This document shows, piece after piece, positions 22,341 through 33,620 of a stretch of DNA of 64,000 bases. The translations under genes and the position numbers were made by a program. Numbering within the stretch: position 1 is the stretch's first letter; each line of letters opens with the position of its first letter. The notes below the pieces were generated by a model that did no database searches, was not told the DNA's origin, and was given only the letters and a program-made list of their open reading frames with translations. The DNA comes from Naegleria gruberi (taxonomy: Eukaryota). The stretch lies in NCBI GenBank assembly GCA_000004985.1, contig GG738872.1; one strand, written 5' to 3'.

Positions 22341-23834
22341 TTACCACTCTAAATCTTCGCTGTCATCAATTTCCTCTTCTTCACTTTCTTCTTCATCATC
22401 ATTTTCCTCTTCTGATGACGAAGGTTCACTGCTCTTTGAGATAGTGATTTGTTCCTTAAACTTGGACTTTACTTTCTGAATGGATTTTCTAGAGCACGAA
22501 CTATTGACCAGTATAAGCTCCATAATCTTGTTGATACCATTTTCCAGAATATACTCAATGCCCTGTTCGCTCACGTTATTGGAGCCAAGATTTAGAAATT
22601 TCAAAGTACTTCTCAGGTTAACACTTTCGAGAATGGAGATGAGACCCTCATCTGAAATACTATTACCGTACAGACTTAAATGTTCCAATTTAGTGAGGGT
22701 TTTTGAATTTGAAATATAGCAACATCCAACAGTAGATATTCCAGACATGTCCAAGCTCAGATTTGTTAAATTTGCAAGATTACAGTTGGCAATTTCCAAA
22801 CATCCCTCGTCTCCAATAGTTGAAGATATTTTCAGAGTGTGAAGATTGGGATGAATTGCACCTTGAAAGTATTGAGAGCATATTTCCTCTGAAAATGATT
22901 TAACCCAACCCAAATTCAAATATGAAAGAGTTTTGATTTTTTGAATCATTATCAAGCTTTCGCCAGAGATAGCTTGATTTTTAAGTTTTAGTTTCTCTAG
23001 CTGATGAAATTTGGCAAAATCTAATATACAGTCATCAATTCTGTTATAACTAAGATCCAAAGATTTCAAATTGAACATTACATTTCTCTTAATGGGTTGA
23101 AAATGTCTTATCAAGTTTTGGGAGAGATTGAGTGTTTCTATTGATATACCCTTTGTTATCAAAAAATCGAATAAATATTTCATTGCACCTTCACTAATTA
23201 AATTAATCGACAGATCCAGTTCCACCAATGAAATTTCAGAAGGAATGTTATAACACAACAACTGACACAATGAGTTATCCAAATTACACGAAGAAAGTAC
23301 AAGTTTTTTCATGTTGGAAAATATTGTTGCATTTCTAATCCAGGGAAGTAATTTGAAATCTTTGGTGGATTGTTTTGTAATTACCAATGATTGAATATTA
23401 ATTTTAGTAGAATTGTACATGCTTGGATTTTTGTACGATTCGAAACTATATTCCATATCATTGTGTAAATTGTCCTCCTGCTTTTGTTTAGTCCCAAATT
23501 CAAGGAATTTATATTGCCAATTTTCCTCAATGGTAACATGAAGAGTTGTCCTGCAAGACTCCTCATAAAATTGTTTTGAAACCCGAATCATATTTTCCAT
23601 AATTACTTCCCAATCAAGAAATGATAATATAATTCCAATCATTTCATCGGGAAGAGAAAATGTTTCTTCATGATCAGAATCTTTAGTCTTTTTCTTCTTG
23701 TTTGGTGAAAATTTTACATCAACTAGAGATAATTCGGAATCCCTGATCATCATTCTAGAATCACAAAGATGATTTAAATCGTCCACCTCCTCCAGTAGTG
23801 ATCGTTTCATTTTTTTTAAAATTTTAAATTCCAA
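22341..23834 (-). CDS. F-box / leucine-rich-repeat protein with acidic C-terminal tail (497 aa)
   Basis: LPDEMIGIILSFL F-box signature. Multiple LRRs (LDLSYNRIDD, LSLYGNSISDEGL, LNLGSNNVSEQGI). C-terminal ENDDEEESEEEEIDDSED. Confidence 0.65.
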   Translation of the reverse strand: MEFKILKKMKRSLLEEVDDLNHLCDSRMMIRDSELSLVDVKFSPNKKKKTKDSDHEETFSLPDEMIGIILSFLDWEVIMENMIRVSKQFYEESCRTTLHVTIEENWQYKFLEFGTKQKQEDNLHNDMEYSFESYKNPSMYNSTKINIQSLVITKQSTKDFKLLPWIRNATIFSNMKKLVLSSCNLDNSLCQLLCYNIPSEISLVELDLSINLISEGAMKYLFDFLITKGISIETLNLSQNLIRHFQPIKRNVMFNLKSLDLSYNRIDDCILDFAKFHQLEKLKLKNQAISGESLIMIQKIKTLSYLNLGWVKSFSEEICSQYFQGAIHPNLHTLKISSTIGDEGCLEIANCNLANLTNLSLDMSGISTVGCCYISNSKTLTKLEHLSLYGNSISDEGLISILESVNLRSTLKFLNLGSNNVSEQGIEYILENGINKIMELILVNSSCSRKSIQKVKSKFKEQITISKSSEPSSSEEENDDEEESEEEEIDDSEDLEW

Positions 23835-23963
23835 AAATTAAGGGATTTAGAATTGGTTTTTGCGCCAGAGCTTAATATGTTAAAATTTATGGAGAGCTTG
23901 ACTAACTCATGTGGAATATATGGTATCTAACTCTAGTTACATCATACAATCTTTCGAATTTAT

Positions 23964-24968
23964 TTAATCGTCTGCTGAATATTCAAAGAAGATACATTTT
24001 CCACTATTGGTAATAAACACCACAGCCAATGAGCCAATAACGCCAACATAACACTCCTTATATTCAGCAACAATTGGACATTCTTTCTTAATGAAAGCAA
24101 GCAATTCTTCTAATTTGGAGATTTCTTCGAGGCACTCCTCTCCTCCAATCACTTTTTTCAAAAAGTCAAACAAGTTGTTGTCAAATTCCTGCTTGACATC
24201 CTCAAATGTTCTGTCCAAATAAATTTGTGGATAGAATGAATCTCTTTCACAATTTGTAAAATACTCAAATTTGTCCTTAATATTACTCTCCAAGGAAATA
24301 CTCTGGTATTGGTAATAGTAATTGTTTTGAGGAATTGAACTGGCCACAACGCCAATGATTTTCTTCATCAAATCTGAAAATAATTCTCCAATTTTCTCAT
24401 CATGTTTGATCATTCTTTTCAAAAAGTGAATTCCAAACACACTGGCATTGAAATTAAAATCGAATGTTCTTGCACATCCACCACTGCCATAATTGAGACC
24501 ATTCATTCCATGATATGTAACAGTTTTGTAACCGTTAGAAAATTCTTGTGGAATGATATTTTGAGCAAAAAATCTTCTCATGTCAATCTTCTCGGTCAAT
24601 TGATAGAGAAGGGAGTGCTTTTCAGCAAGTACTTTCCACAATCTCAAGTTTGTACTTGGAGTTGCTTCAATTTGCCAATTTAACATCTGGTACCATTCTT
24701 TGCAAACCAAGGAACAGTTTACCAAAGTTTCGAATTGCCATGGCTCGTTTAAACCATCAAACAGATTTATAAAAATTTCAATCCACAATTCTGGGAGGAT
24801 TAGTTTCATTTTTTTAACTTTATCTTTGCTAACTTTTTTAGCACGAATCATTGCTATGTTAAATACTTTTGTCCAAGTCCCAATTAGAACTTTTACAATG
24901 GTTTCTGTAGCTCCCAATAAACTTTCTAAGAATAAAATGTAACCTTGTATTAAACTGGGCAATGTCAA
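23964..24968 (-). CDS. F-box-like protein (334 aa)
   Basis: ILPELWIEIFINLF F-box-like signature followed by CSLVCKEWYQML. No other domain recognised. Confidence 0.5.
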   Translation of the reverse strand: MTLPSLIQGYILFLESLLGATETIVKVLIGTWTKVFNIAMIRAKKVSKDKVKKMKLILPELWIEIFINLFDGLNEPWQFETLVNCSLVCKEWYQMLNWQIEATPSTNLRLWKVLAEKHSLLYQLTEKIDMRRFFAQNIIPQEFSNGYKTVTYHGMNGLNYGSGGCARTFDFNFNASVFGIHFLKRMIKHDEKIGELFSDLMKKIIGVVASSIPQNNYYYQYQSISLESNIKDKFEYFTNCERDSFYPQIYLDRTFEDVKQEFDNNLFDFLKKVIGGEECLEEISKLEELLAFIKKECPIVAEYKECYVGVIGSLAVVFITNSGKCIFFEYSADD

Positions 24969-25085
24969 ACCTAATTAAGTGTCTTAAACTTGTATACCCA
25001 GGTCAGCACTCTTTTACAATTGAAATTCATCGCTCAACTCCACTTGTTTAGATTTGGAGATGGATCATGGACCACCTCTTCTGAA

Positions 25086-25258
25086 TTGAACAAGAAATAT
25101 TCTGCAGAGAAGTGAGCTTGAATTGATATGAGTTGGTTTTGGATTTAATATTTTAAATCCAAAACTATTTAAAGAAGCACCTTAAACATCAAGAAATACG
25201 ATAGAAGTTAGTTTTCAATAATTTTGCTATTATTCATCAAGCAACCCCTCTCAATCTC
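25086..25258. repeat. right arm of the diverged inverted repeat (partner 18262-18412)
   Basis: See left arm. The orientation is inverted. No tRNA copy accompanies this arm. Confidence 0.6.
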
Positions 25259-25840
25259 AATACCAAGTGAAGAGGTACATCTTTTTGAATAGTATAATCA
25301 TTGATTGTTCTACCGTCTTCCTTAGTGAAATTTATTTATGAACTCTATCTACAATTTTCTAAACTACTTGAAATAGAACGTCTTACAAGAGCTGTTCTAA
25401 TGTTTCAGGAATGAGAACAAAAAGTGCCTTTCGTAAGATTGAAACTTGTACCCATTAGAAACAAAAGGAGTACAATTTCCAATACAGTGTTTGCTGTAGT
25501 TCTTTACAGTCCATATAAAGATCAAAAAGGAATAGATAGGAAAATTGAAAGAATCATTTAGTCCTACTTTCAACATTGGAAATTTATTCATTCCAATGGA
25601 TTCCACGCCATGGTGCTCAATCCAACCATTGAAGTTCTTTCATTCTGTTCTTGTTCAATTCTCCGCACTGAATAACAAAGACCAAATGTACAATGTCCAA
25701 AATCTGTGGCTACTCTTTTTTTGGAAAATCATTAATCTTCAATCATACCAAAAAAATCAATATACTAATCAAACTATTCTTTTCAAATCTTTAAAACTGG
25801 AACATTGTTTCACTTCTCAAACACAATCAAAAAACAAAAA

Positions 25841-26245
25841 ATGAAAAGATTCGTTTCAATCTTATTGATTGCATTGACTTTGGCAATTCTTGCACTTTCC
25901 TTCACTTCAGGAGTTTCTGCTGAAGAATCAGCTGCCTCAACACTTTCCTTGTATATTAGAAAGAATAATAACAAGAAGAGAAATCTCAAGAGATTCAGAC
26001 TCAAGAAGAGAAAGAACAATAGAAAGCTCAACAAGTACATTGACACCTATGGAAGAAAGAGAAGAGGATGGAAGAGATATGGAAAGAAGAGAATTATCAG
26101 AAAGAAGATTGATGTTTATGGAAAGAAGAGAAGATTTAACAAGAAGAGAAGAATCGACACCTACAGAAAGAAGAATAGAAAGAATAGAAAGAACAGAAGA
26201 GGTGGAAAGAAGAATAAGAAAGTTGACCTTTACAAGCGTAAATAA
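25841..26245 (+). CDS. secreted, extremely basic repeat protein (signal peptide plus about 107-aa mature region with about 55% Lys/Arg)
   Basis: MKRFVSILLIALTLAILALSFTSGVSA signal peptide. The mature part consists of reiterated (I/V)D(T/V/L)Y(G/R/K)(K/R)KRR-type units: IDTYGRKRR, IDVYGKKRR, IDTYRKKNR, VDLYKRK. Opposite-strand and other-frame ORFs here are low-complexity artefacts. Confidence 0.5.
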   Translation: MKRFVSILLIALTLAILALSFTSGVSAEESAASTLSLYIRKNNNKKRNLKRFRLKKRKNNRKLNKYIDTYGRKRRGWKRYGKKRIIRKKIDVYGKKRRFNKKRRIDTYRKKNRKNRKNRRGGKKNKKVDLYKRK

Positions 26246-26452
26246 TTGAAAGATTGAATCAATTATTCCTTAAAGCACAAATTTTGAATCAATTTTGCTC
26301 TTAAATATAAAATATAACTTGTGAGTCTCTCGACCGAATTCAATCTTTTTTTCCTTCATCATTTCATGAGCTCATTCAAATCTTGTGGCAACTTGGAAAA
26401 CTGTTTTTCACTTCTTTTTAAAAAAAGCACTTCAAATAAAACTTCGAAAAAA

Positions 26453-27929
26453 ATGTCTGATCATCAAACACCTAGCGTTTCACCAGCAACAACAACATCG
26501 GGGGAAATTGTTCATGAGCAACAACCAGCTGCTACTGTTGCTGCTGTAGAAAATACAACAACAATTCAAGAACCAACTTCAAGTGAAGTAAATTTAGTGT
26601 CAACATCGGAAACAAGTAATAGTGGGAATGATGATAAAAAGAGAAAGAATCCACCTTCCGAATCATCAAATGACAAGAAGAAGAGAAAGGAAAATTATAA
26701 GAAGGGAGGTAAAGGAACAGCTTCTGCCAAGAGAGATAATGATTGGGGTCCAAGAGAACCTAAAGAAAAAAAGGAAGGAGAAGAAAAATTCCAAAAAAGA
26801 AGAGTTGCAATTTTCATTGGGTATTTGGGAACAAATTATAATGGTTCACAAACTTCGTATGTGTTTAAAATTATTATATCTAATATTGAAATTATTTAGA
26901 AATTTTACCAATCCTAATGTCAAGACTGTAGAAGAAACTGTGTTTAAAGCTCTTTGTCAAGCAGGAGGTGTTTCTGGTGACAATAGTACTGACATGAATA
27001 AGGTTCATTTTCACAGAAGTTCAAGAACTGACAAGGGTGTTCATGCTGCCTCAAATGTTTTGGAAATGAAACTTTTAATGAAACCAGGATTGGAAGAAGA
27101 AATGAGAAAACTTTTACCTGAGGATATTGTTTTTTATGGATACAAAAAGGTATCTAAATCATTCAATGCTAAGGAACATTGTACAGCTCGTACCTATGAA
27201 TATTTATTACCTGCTTTTGCATTATCACCAGATCCAAAAGCAGCAACATGGTTTGGACAAATTAATATTGACAAGATTACCAAGGAGGATGTGGAAAGTG
27301 AAAATTTGAATGATATTTACAATTATGATCCAACAGATGAACAAATTGAAAAGGCTAATCGTGTTTTGAAAAACTTTGTTGGAACCAATAGTTTCCATAA
27401 TTATACTCAACTCACAAAAGCCAAGCCAAACTCTTTCAATAGACACATTACCAAGTTTGAATGTTCTAAAGCTTTTGAAATTGATGGAATGAAAGTTGTC
27501 AAGCTCACTGTCACTGGTTCTTCATTCATTTATAACCAAATCAGAAAAATGGTTGGTTTCATGATTGCTGTCATGCGTGGTTCCCTCAATGAAAGTGATT
27601 TCAGTACCTCTGTTGATAAGGAAGTTACTGCCAACGTTCCACTTGCTCCAGCCAATGGATTATTATTATGTGAACAAGAATTCAAGAGATATAATGCTAA
27701 ACAAGGAGCCAAAGTTAATGGTCACGTCACTCCTTCCGATTATTACAAGGAGATGGAAGAATTCAAGAAGAGAATCTATTCCCACATGTTGAAACTTGAA
27801 AAGGAAGAAGGTATCATTGCTAAATTCCTTTTACATTCTAGGGGGTGGAGATTATCGAAGGGATCTAAAGGAGAACCAATTAACAATGTCGAGGAACCAG
27901 TATTAGAATCAATCGAAGAAGATGAATAA
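26453..27929 (+). CDS. PUS1: tRNA pseudouridine synthase, TruA/PUS1 family; 2 exons (26453-26856, 26900-27929)
   Basis: RRVAIFIGYLGTNYNGSQ and the catalytic-Asp motif RTDKGVHA. Further matches to PUS1: ARTYEYLLP and HNYT...MVGFMIAVMRG. Intron GTATGT at 26857 to AG at 26898-26899 restores the frame (…GSQTS|NFTNPNVKTVEE…). Confidence 0.85.
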
Positions 27930-28009
27930 ATAGCTTAGGTTTATTGAATGATTGATAATTAAAACAATCATTAATAATATTTAGAAAACTATACACCTCG
28001 GAAGTAAAA

Positions 28010-28468
28010 TTACCATTCAATTTGGAAAGTAGTAACTCTTGGCTTGTCGTTCAAAGTTCTAACCAACTTTTCAACAATTGGCTTCGATGGAGGAGCTTCT
28101 TGGAGTTCCTTATCAGTATATTGGTTAGAAACAAAGTAACCAACTTGAGAGAACAATTGATTATTGTAGGAAACCTTCAACAAGAGGACAGTACAATCCA
28201 ACAAGTCGGAAGCAGAAATCTTTTCAACATTTGGAGCAGGAGCAGTGACAACAAACTTGTTTGTACCAACCTTGACTGGACCAACGGAAACAGATTCCAA
28301 AACTTGATCTTCATCGGCAGAAGCACTGCTACCAACATAGACAAGTTCCAAATCCAAATCAGATGAGATTTCTTCCATACATTCGAGGGTAACATCTAAT
28401 TCAATATTATCGGTAAATTTGGTTGGGTTGTTCTTAACTTCAACGTTGGTGAGTTTAACCTTGGTCAT
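28010..28468 (-). CDS. ASF1: histone chaperone ASF1 (152 aa)
   Basis: MTKVKLTNVEVKNNPTKFTDNIELDVTLECMEEISSDLDLELVYVGSSASADEDQVLESVSVGPVKVGTNKFVVTAP… aligns along its length with the ASF1 core (…NNPAKF.DPYEFEITFEC…L.YVGS…D.D…LD…VGPV.VG.NKF.F.A…). Confidence 0.9.
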   Translation of the reverse strand: MTKVKLTNVEVKNNPTKFTDNIELDVTLECMEEISSDLDLELVYVGSSASADEDQVLESVSVGPVKVGTNKFVVTAPAPNVEKISASDLLDCTVLLLKVSYNNQLFSQVGYFVSNQYTDKELQEAPPSKPIVEKLVRTLNDKPRVTTFQIEW

Positions 28469-28817
28469 TTTAATCTAGAGTTGTTGTGTGTATTTTTTTT
28501 AGAGAGTGGTTTGATTAAAATCCAATTTATTTAAATTTTTTAAAAAGAAAACAACCGTTAAAGAAAATTGGAGGGAATTTTTATTTGTGGCGCCAACCTG
28601 ATTCCGTTACAACACAGGTTCCGAAATTATTTGACAACAACGTAAACTCTTGTAATTTCATTGATTGAATCAATAACTCTTCCTAATATTAATCCAAACA
28701 ATAAATTTCCAAGTTATAATTGCAAATACGATAACAATTTGCTTCTCCAATTACATTGTAATTTGGCGCCATTTTATTTTTGTAGTTTGAATATTTTGCA
28801 CCAACAAACACAAAGAA

Positions 28818-31800
28818 ATGCCTTATTCACCCCGTTCTGATTCAATAACACATACAAAATCAATGCCGTCTCTCAGTCAGCCCTACGAATATCAACATCA
28901 CGGAACTGATTATGATGCTGCCATGAATGTTGTAGATGATTACGAGTATCACCCTTCTGAAGATTATGAAGCTGTTGTTAGAAAAACAAAGAAATCTTCA
29001 TCATCATCGAGGAGAGAATTTCAAAATTATGATGGCTCTTATTCACCAGCATTGTCATATTCTTCAGTGAGCAGTGGACGTTCTTCAAATAGTGGAAGGA
29101 GGAAAGATGTTCTGGAAGAATTATCGGAAGAAGATATGAGAAGGAAAATGTATAAAAAGTATAAGGATAAGGGTGTGATTGGACTTTTAAAAACTCAATT
29201 GAGAAGCGTAATTTATGATGACTTGACAAAGAGAGCACCAGCTAAGGAACCAAATATTTCAGTTTTTGGATCTCGATCGGAAATTCAAAGAGCATGTGTA
29301 AGTAATTATGTCACAAACTCATACCCACAAACTTTCAGGATGGAATTGTTTTGGATCACCTGAAAAAAAATGGTTATTCATTCACCACGAGTATCTTTAC
29401 TTCCGAAGCCAACATTAAAGAAGTACCCAAGAATTCAGAATATGATGTTTATCATTTAATTGGACTTAAAATGTATAATTTGGATGTTGTCAAAGATACA
29501 GACTCTCATGAATTGTTGGACTATGATCCAAATAATCAACTTACTAAACTTTTATCAGAAATGTACTACAGCACAAACTGGAAAGGAGAGAGTATTCTGA
29601 CGAAATTCTTGTCAGTCATAAAAAAGCTAGGCGATAAGCAAACTCGAGTTGGGATGTGTCAAACAGATCCACTCACAGAGGACCAACCTGTAGATAGTAA
29701 ATTAAAAATGATTGATGAAGAATTTATAACTCAATTGGAAAATGAAAAGAAAACCCAGACTCAATCCTTGGAACAGAAATATCTCGAATATCAAAGAGAA
29801 TGTGAAAAAAGAGCCAATGAAGAACTCAAGTCTAGACTGAAAATGTTTGAAGAGACAACAATTAGTGCTATGAGATTGGAAGAAAGTGCCAAATACAGAG
29901 AAAGAATAGCTAGAGAAATAGAAGAAATGGAAAAATCCCACATGAGAAAAATGGAACGTCTCATGGAGAGGGAAAGAGAAATTTCAGCTCGACTCGAAAA
30001 GAAAGAAAAGGATTTGGAAAAGCAATCATTCGAGCACAGACAGAAAATGTACAAAGAAATTGAAGATCTTCAACGTAGAAATCAAGGTCTTGCAAGAGAA
30101 AAAAACAATTTGGAGATGAGAAAAACAGAGTTGGAAGAAAAGGCAAGACGATTGGACGTATTGGCTGCTCAAACAACTGTTGATGTCAAATCTGAAATGT
30201 CTTTAATGAGAGCAAACTTGGAGAGAGAAAACATTGCAAATATGAGAAGAATTGAAGAGGAAAGGAGAAAGTTGGAATTGGAAAAGGAACAAGTTGCAGA
30301 ACAATTAAAAAAACATAGTGCGGCCATTCACCTGGAAGAAACAATTAAACAATATCAGGGCTCTCTTGACATTGTAAAGAGCGAGTTGAATGAATCTAGA
30401 AAGAGAATTAGAGACTTGGAAGAAATGAATGATCAGCTAAGAATGCAGCTAGGTATGATAAAGGAGCAAGCTGAACAACAAACAAATACTTCCAATGAAA
30501 AGCCAGCCACACCTGCCATTATTCACATTCCATCAATTGATCCTGTCAGAGAAAATTCCCTCAATAGAGAAATTGAAAATCTTAAATTGCAATTAAGAGA
30601 TAAGGAACGTGAGTTCTCCAACTTACAAGACAGAATTCTTGTCTATGAAAGAAATGAGAGAGCTCTACGATCGAACGTTGAAGACAATGAAAGAGAAAAG
30701 AAGAGACTCATGGATGAATGTAGGAAGGAACTCATAGAAGAAAAACAAAAAGCCAAAAAGGCTCTCCTACATTGGCAATCAGCAGAAAGGGCTTCCATGA
30801 GTGAAAAATTACAAAAAGATCGAGTACGATCAGAGAGAATGCAAAGAGATTTAGAGGAACAATATCTTCAGAATAGAACGCTTCAACATGAAATTGATCG
30901 TTTGAGGAATTTATTGGAATTACCAAGGGTGTCTGGAGGAGAACTGAAAAAGACAAGTTTTTCTGATATTGGATCTAAGGGATCAATGCCAGAAATTTCA
31001 TATCCATCCTCTTTGAGGGATGATAATCTTTATGCTAAACTCTCCGATTATCCTGAGATTTCTATTCATGAAAAATTGAATGAAATAGACAAGTTGGGGT
31101 ATTCGTTCAGCAAAGATTTTGGAGATTTGAAAGAAAGCAAACAGCCATCTCCTTCTTTGGGACAACCTACAAAGGAAAAAACAAATGACTTTTTCGAGAG
31201 TTTAGGGCTTGGATCATTTTCAAATAATTACATGATGGAAGATATTAAACCATCATCTTACTATGGTTTACCTAATCCTGAACGTCAAACAACATCCACC
31301 AACAACAACTACTCGAGTAGTATTAATTCTTTCAACACCAGAGGAGATGATTATCAATCAACAACAAATCTACCTCCAATAAGCTCCTCTATCAGTGGAA
31401 TTCCATCAACTAAATCCCCTACTTCTAGAAACTCACCTCCAAAGAAGACTCTTGACGAGCCATCGACTTTCACAACATCCTACAAACCAATTTCCCCTAA
31501 GAATTATCAATATGATACCAAACCTTCAACCACCTCCTCAATTGATTTCACACAACATCATCCAACTCAGCAAATTAAAGCACCACAACAACAGCAACCA
31601 GTTGAGGAGCAAACAACCAGATTTATTGGTTCTACCTCCCCTAGCATTACTTCAACAAACAATCCTCCTCCAACCATTGAAGTTTCCACTCCCTCCACAT
31701 TTTCCTCTTCCTCTGTGTTTGATATGAAGAATAACAATTATGAAACTGAGAGAATAGTAGAAAAGCAACCTGAACCAATTTATCAAAAGCCTCCATCCCC

Positions 31801-32305
31801 AAAGAAGACTATTATTGTTGAACAACCACCACAGCCAACAACAATTGTAGAACAACCAACAACTCAATTCGTGAGAGAAGTGGAAAAGAAGATTGAATCA
31901 CCTCCTCGCCAAACAACAATAATCAAGGAAGAGCCACCAGCAAGAATTGAGAATAACCCAATTCCCGAGCAAAAACCATCTAGCATTGAAGAGTATAAAC
32001 GTATGTTACAACAACAAAGAGAGTCGGATTCAAGAGCCTCTACAGTCACCACTTCATCTTCTAACTATGAATCCGAGCAGAATGATGAACAAGCAACAGA
32101 GGAGGAAGAACACCATCAACAAGAAGAGTATCACCACGATGACTCTTTCAATCATCACAACGATGACCACTTACATGCTCACAATGACCACCATTCCGAT
32201 GGATGGAACATATCAGATGCTTCTATTAGTGGAGGAGGTTTCGATGATGATGATTTGGATGTTGAGGATGACCTCTTTGGACAGAAGGACTATGATGATT
32301 TCTAA
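28818..32305 (+). CDS. OFD1-like / TOF-LisH-motif coiled-coil protein; 2 exons (28818-29297, 29339-32305; about 1148 aa)
   Basis: GTAAGT donor at 29298 and AG acceptor at 29337-29338 preserve the frame. N-terminal GLLKTQLRSVIYDDL…DGIVLDHLKKNGYSFTTSIFTSEA resembles the LisH/PLL (TOF) module of OFD1 (…LKTQLRNQLI…VADHLQRCGYEYSLSVF…). It is followed by about 450 aa of coiled coil, a Ser/Thr/Pro-rich region and an acidic His-rich tail. Confidence 0.55.
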
Positions 32306-32675
32306 TTGTTGTCAATAAAACACAACCTTTGTTGTTAAGAAAATCATGATGACGTAAGCATGCGCTTCTTGAACAAGAAAGGGAATGTATAAATCTTCTT
32401 CATATCGAAATTGTGTTAAATTTATGATGAGGATGTTGTTTGGTAAAGAAGTAGAATTTATTAATTACACTTTGTATTAAGTTGGCAACTTTTTGTGAGT
32501 GTTCAGAATTGATGCTCAAAGCTGGGAGCGAAATTCACTTCTGACTTTGACCAAGCAAAACGCACTAGAAAAGTTTTTGTTGTAAAGTAGATGCGTCAAC
32601 CGTTCATTAATTGTAAGTCCAACGAAAAATAAAAAACTTTGAATTGTTTAAAAAAAATCCCTCACATCATATACA

Positions 32676-32996
32676 ATGAAGGTCGTCGCAGCTTATTTGT
32701 TGGCAGTCTTAGGTGGTAACGAACAACCAGCCAAGAAGGATATTGAAAAGATTTTGAGCTCTGTTGGTGCTGAAGTCGATGGTGAACAAATTGATAGACT
32801 CTTGAAGGAATTGTCTGGTAAGAACGTTTTCGACGTTATTGCCTCCGGAAAGGAAAAGTTGGCTTCCGTCCCAACTGGTGGTGCTGCTGCCTCTTCCGCT
32901 CCAGCTGCTGCTGCCTCAACTGCTGCTGCTGTTGAAGAAAAGAAGCCAGAACCTGAAGAAGAAGAAGAAGAAATGGGTTTCGGTGGTCTCTTCTAA
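32676..32996 (+). CDS. RPLP2: 60S acidic ribosomal protein P2
   Basis: MKVVAAYLLAVLGGNEQPAKKDIEKILSSVGAEVD…Ala-rich hinge…EEEEEEMGFGGLF: the canonical P2 N-terminus, hinge and C-terminal tail. Confidence 0.95.
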   Translation: MKVVAAYLLAVLGGNEQPAKKDIEKILSSVGAEVDGEQIDRLLKELSGKNVFDVIASGKEKLASVPTGGAAASSAPAAAASTAAAVEEKKPEPEEEEEEMGFGGLF

Positions 32997-33620
32997 ATCT
33001 ACTTAAAATAAAAATCCTAAATATTTAAAACTTCTTAATTGCTTGACTAGTATTATTGTTCGTCAATTTCACAACAGCCACTTACTCTTGATCTGTGGAT
33101 TGAATAAAACAAGGTCACAATAACAAGGATTAATAAATTGTCTTAAGTAATATTTTTCATGACACTTTAAAATTCAATTCTATTTGTTCCAAACCTGTAA
33201 AGCAAAAGATTTACGAAGTTTCCTAGAATGAAACGCCTGAAATTGACGAGCCAAAGCTGATACCTCTTAGTATCCATGCATCCGAGCAGATCTGATAAGT
33301 CGTTTTATGCTCATAGCCTTGGTAGGATGCATGTTGAATCATCGAATAATATTTCCTGATGAAATCAGAGAGTTGAATTTATTTTCCAAACCAAATTTAA
33401 AAATTATGGTAATTAAATTCGAATTTTAAATAAAAAAGAAAAACTGTAGATGCTGTCAAGTGAAATTCAATGGAATGTTGATTTAGTTAACAATAATAAA
33501 CAACCATTCCAGTGCATACCACAGCAGCAAAATCCATTCATAAAAAGAGAAGCATATTCAACAGTGTTTTCCATCGATCCTTAATATTAACGTTAGTAAC
33601 TGAATTGTGTTTAATAAGAA

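Noticed and set aside
25290-25400. Expected an inverted copy of tRNA-Gln beside the right-hand repeat arm
   Set aside because: The reverse complement of the tRNA sequence is not present near 25260-25400. Only the repeat, not the tRNA, is duplicated.
25810-26249. ORFs 25810-26046 (minus) and 25890-26249 (plus, Arg/Glu-rich) overlapping the polybasic gene
   Set aside because: Alternative-frame or antisense readings of an AAG/AGA-rich low-complexity sequence. Only the frame with an upstream A-rich ATG and a signal peptide is coherent.
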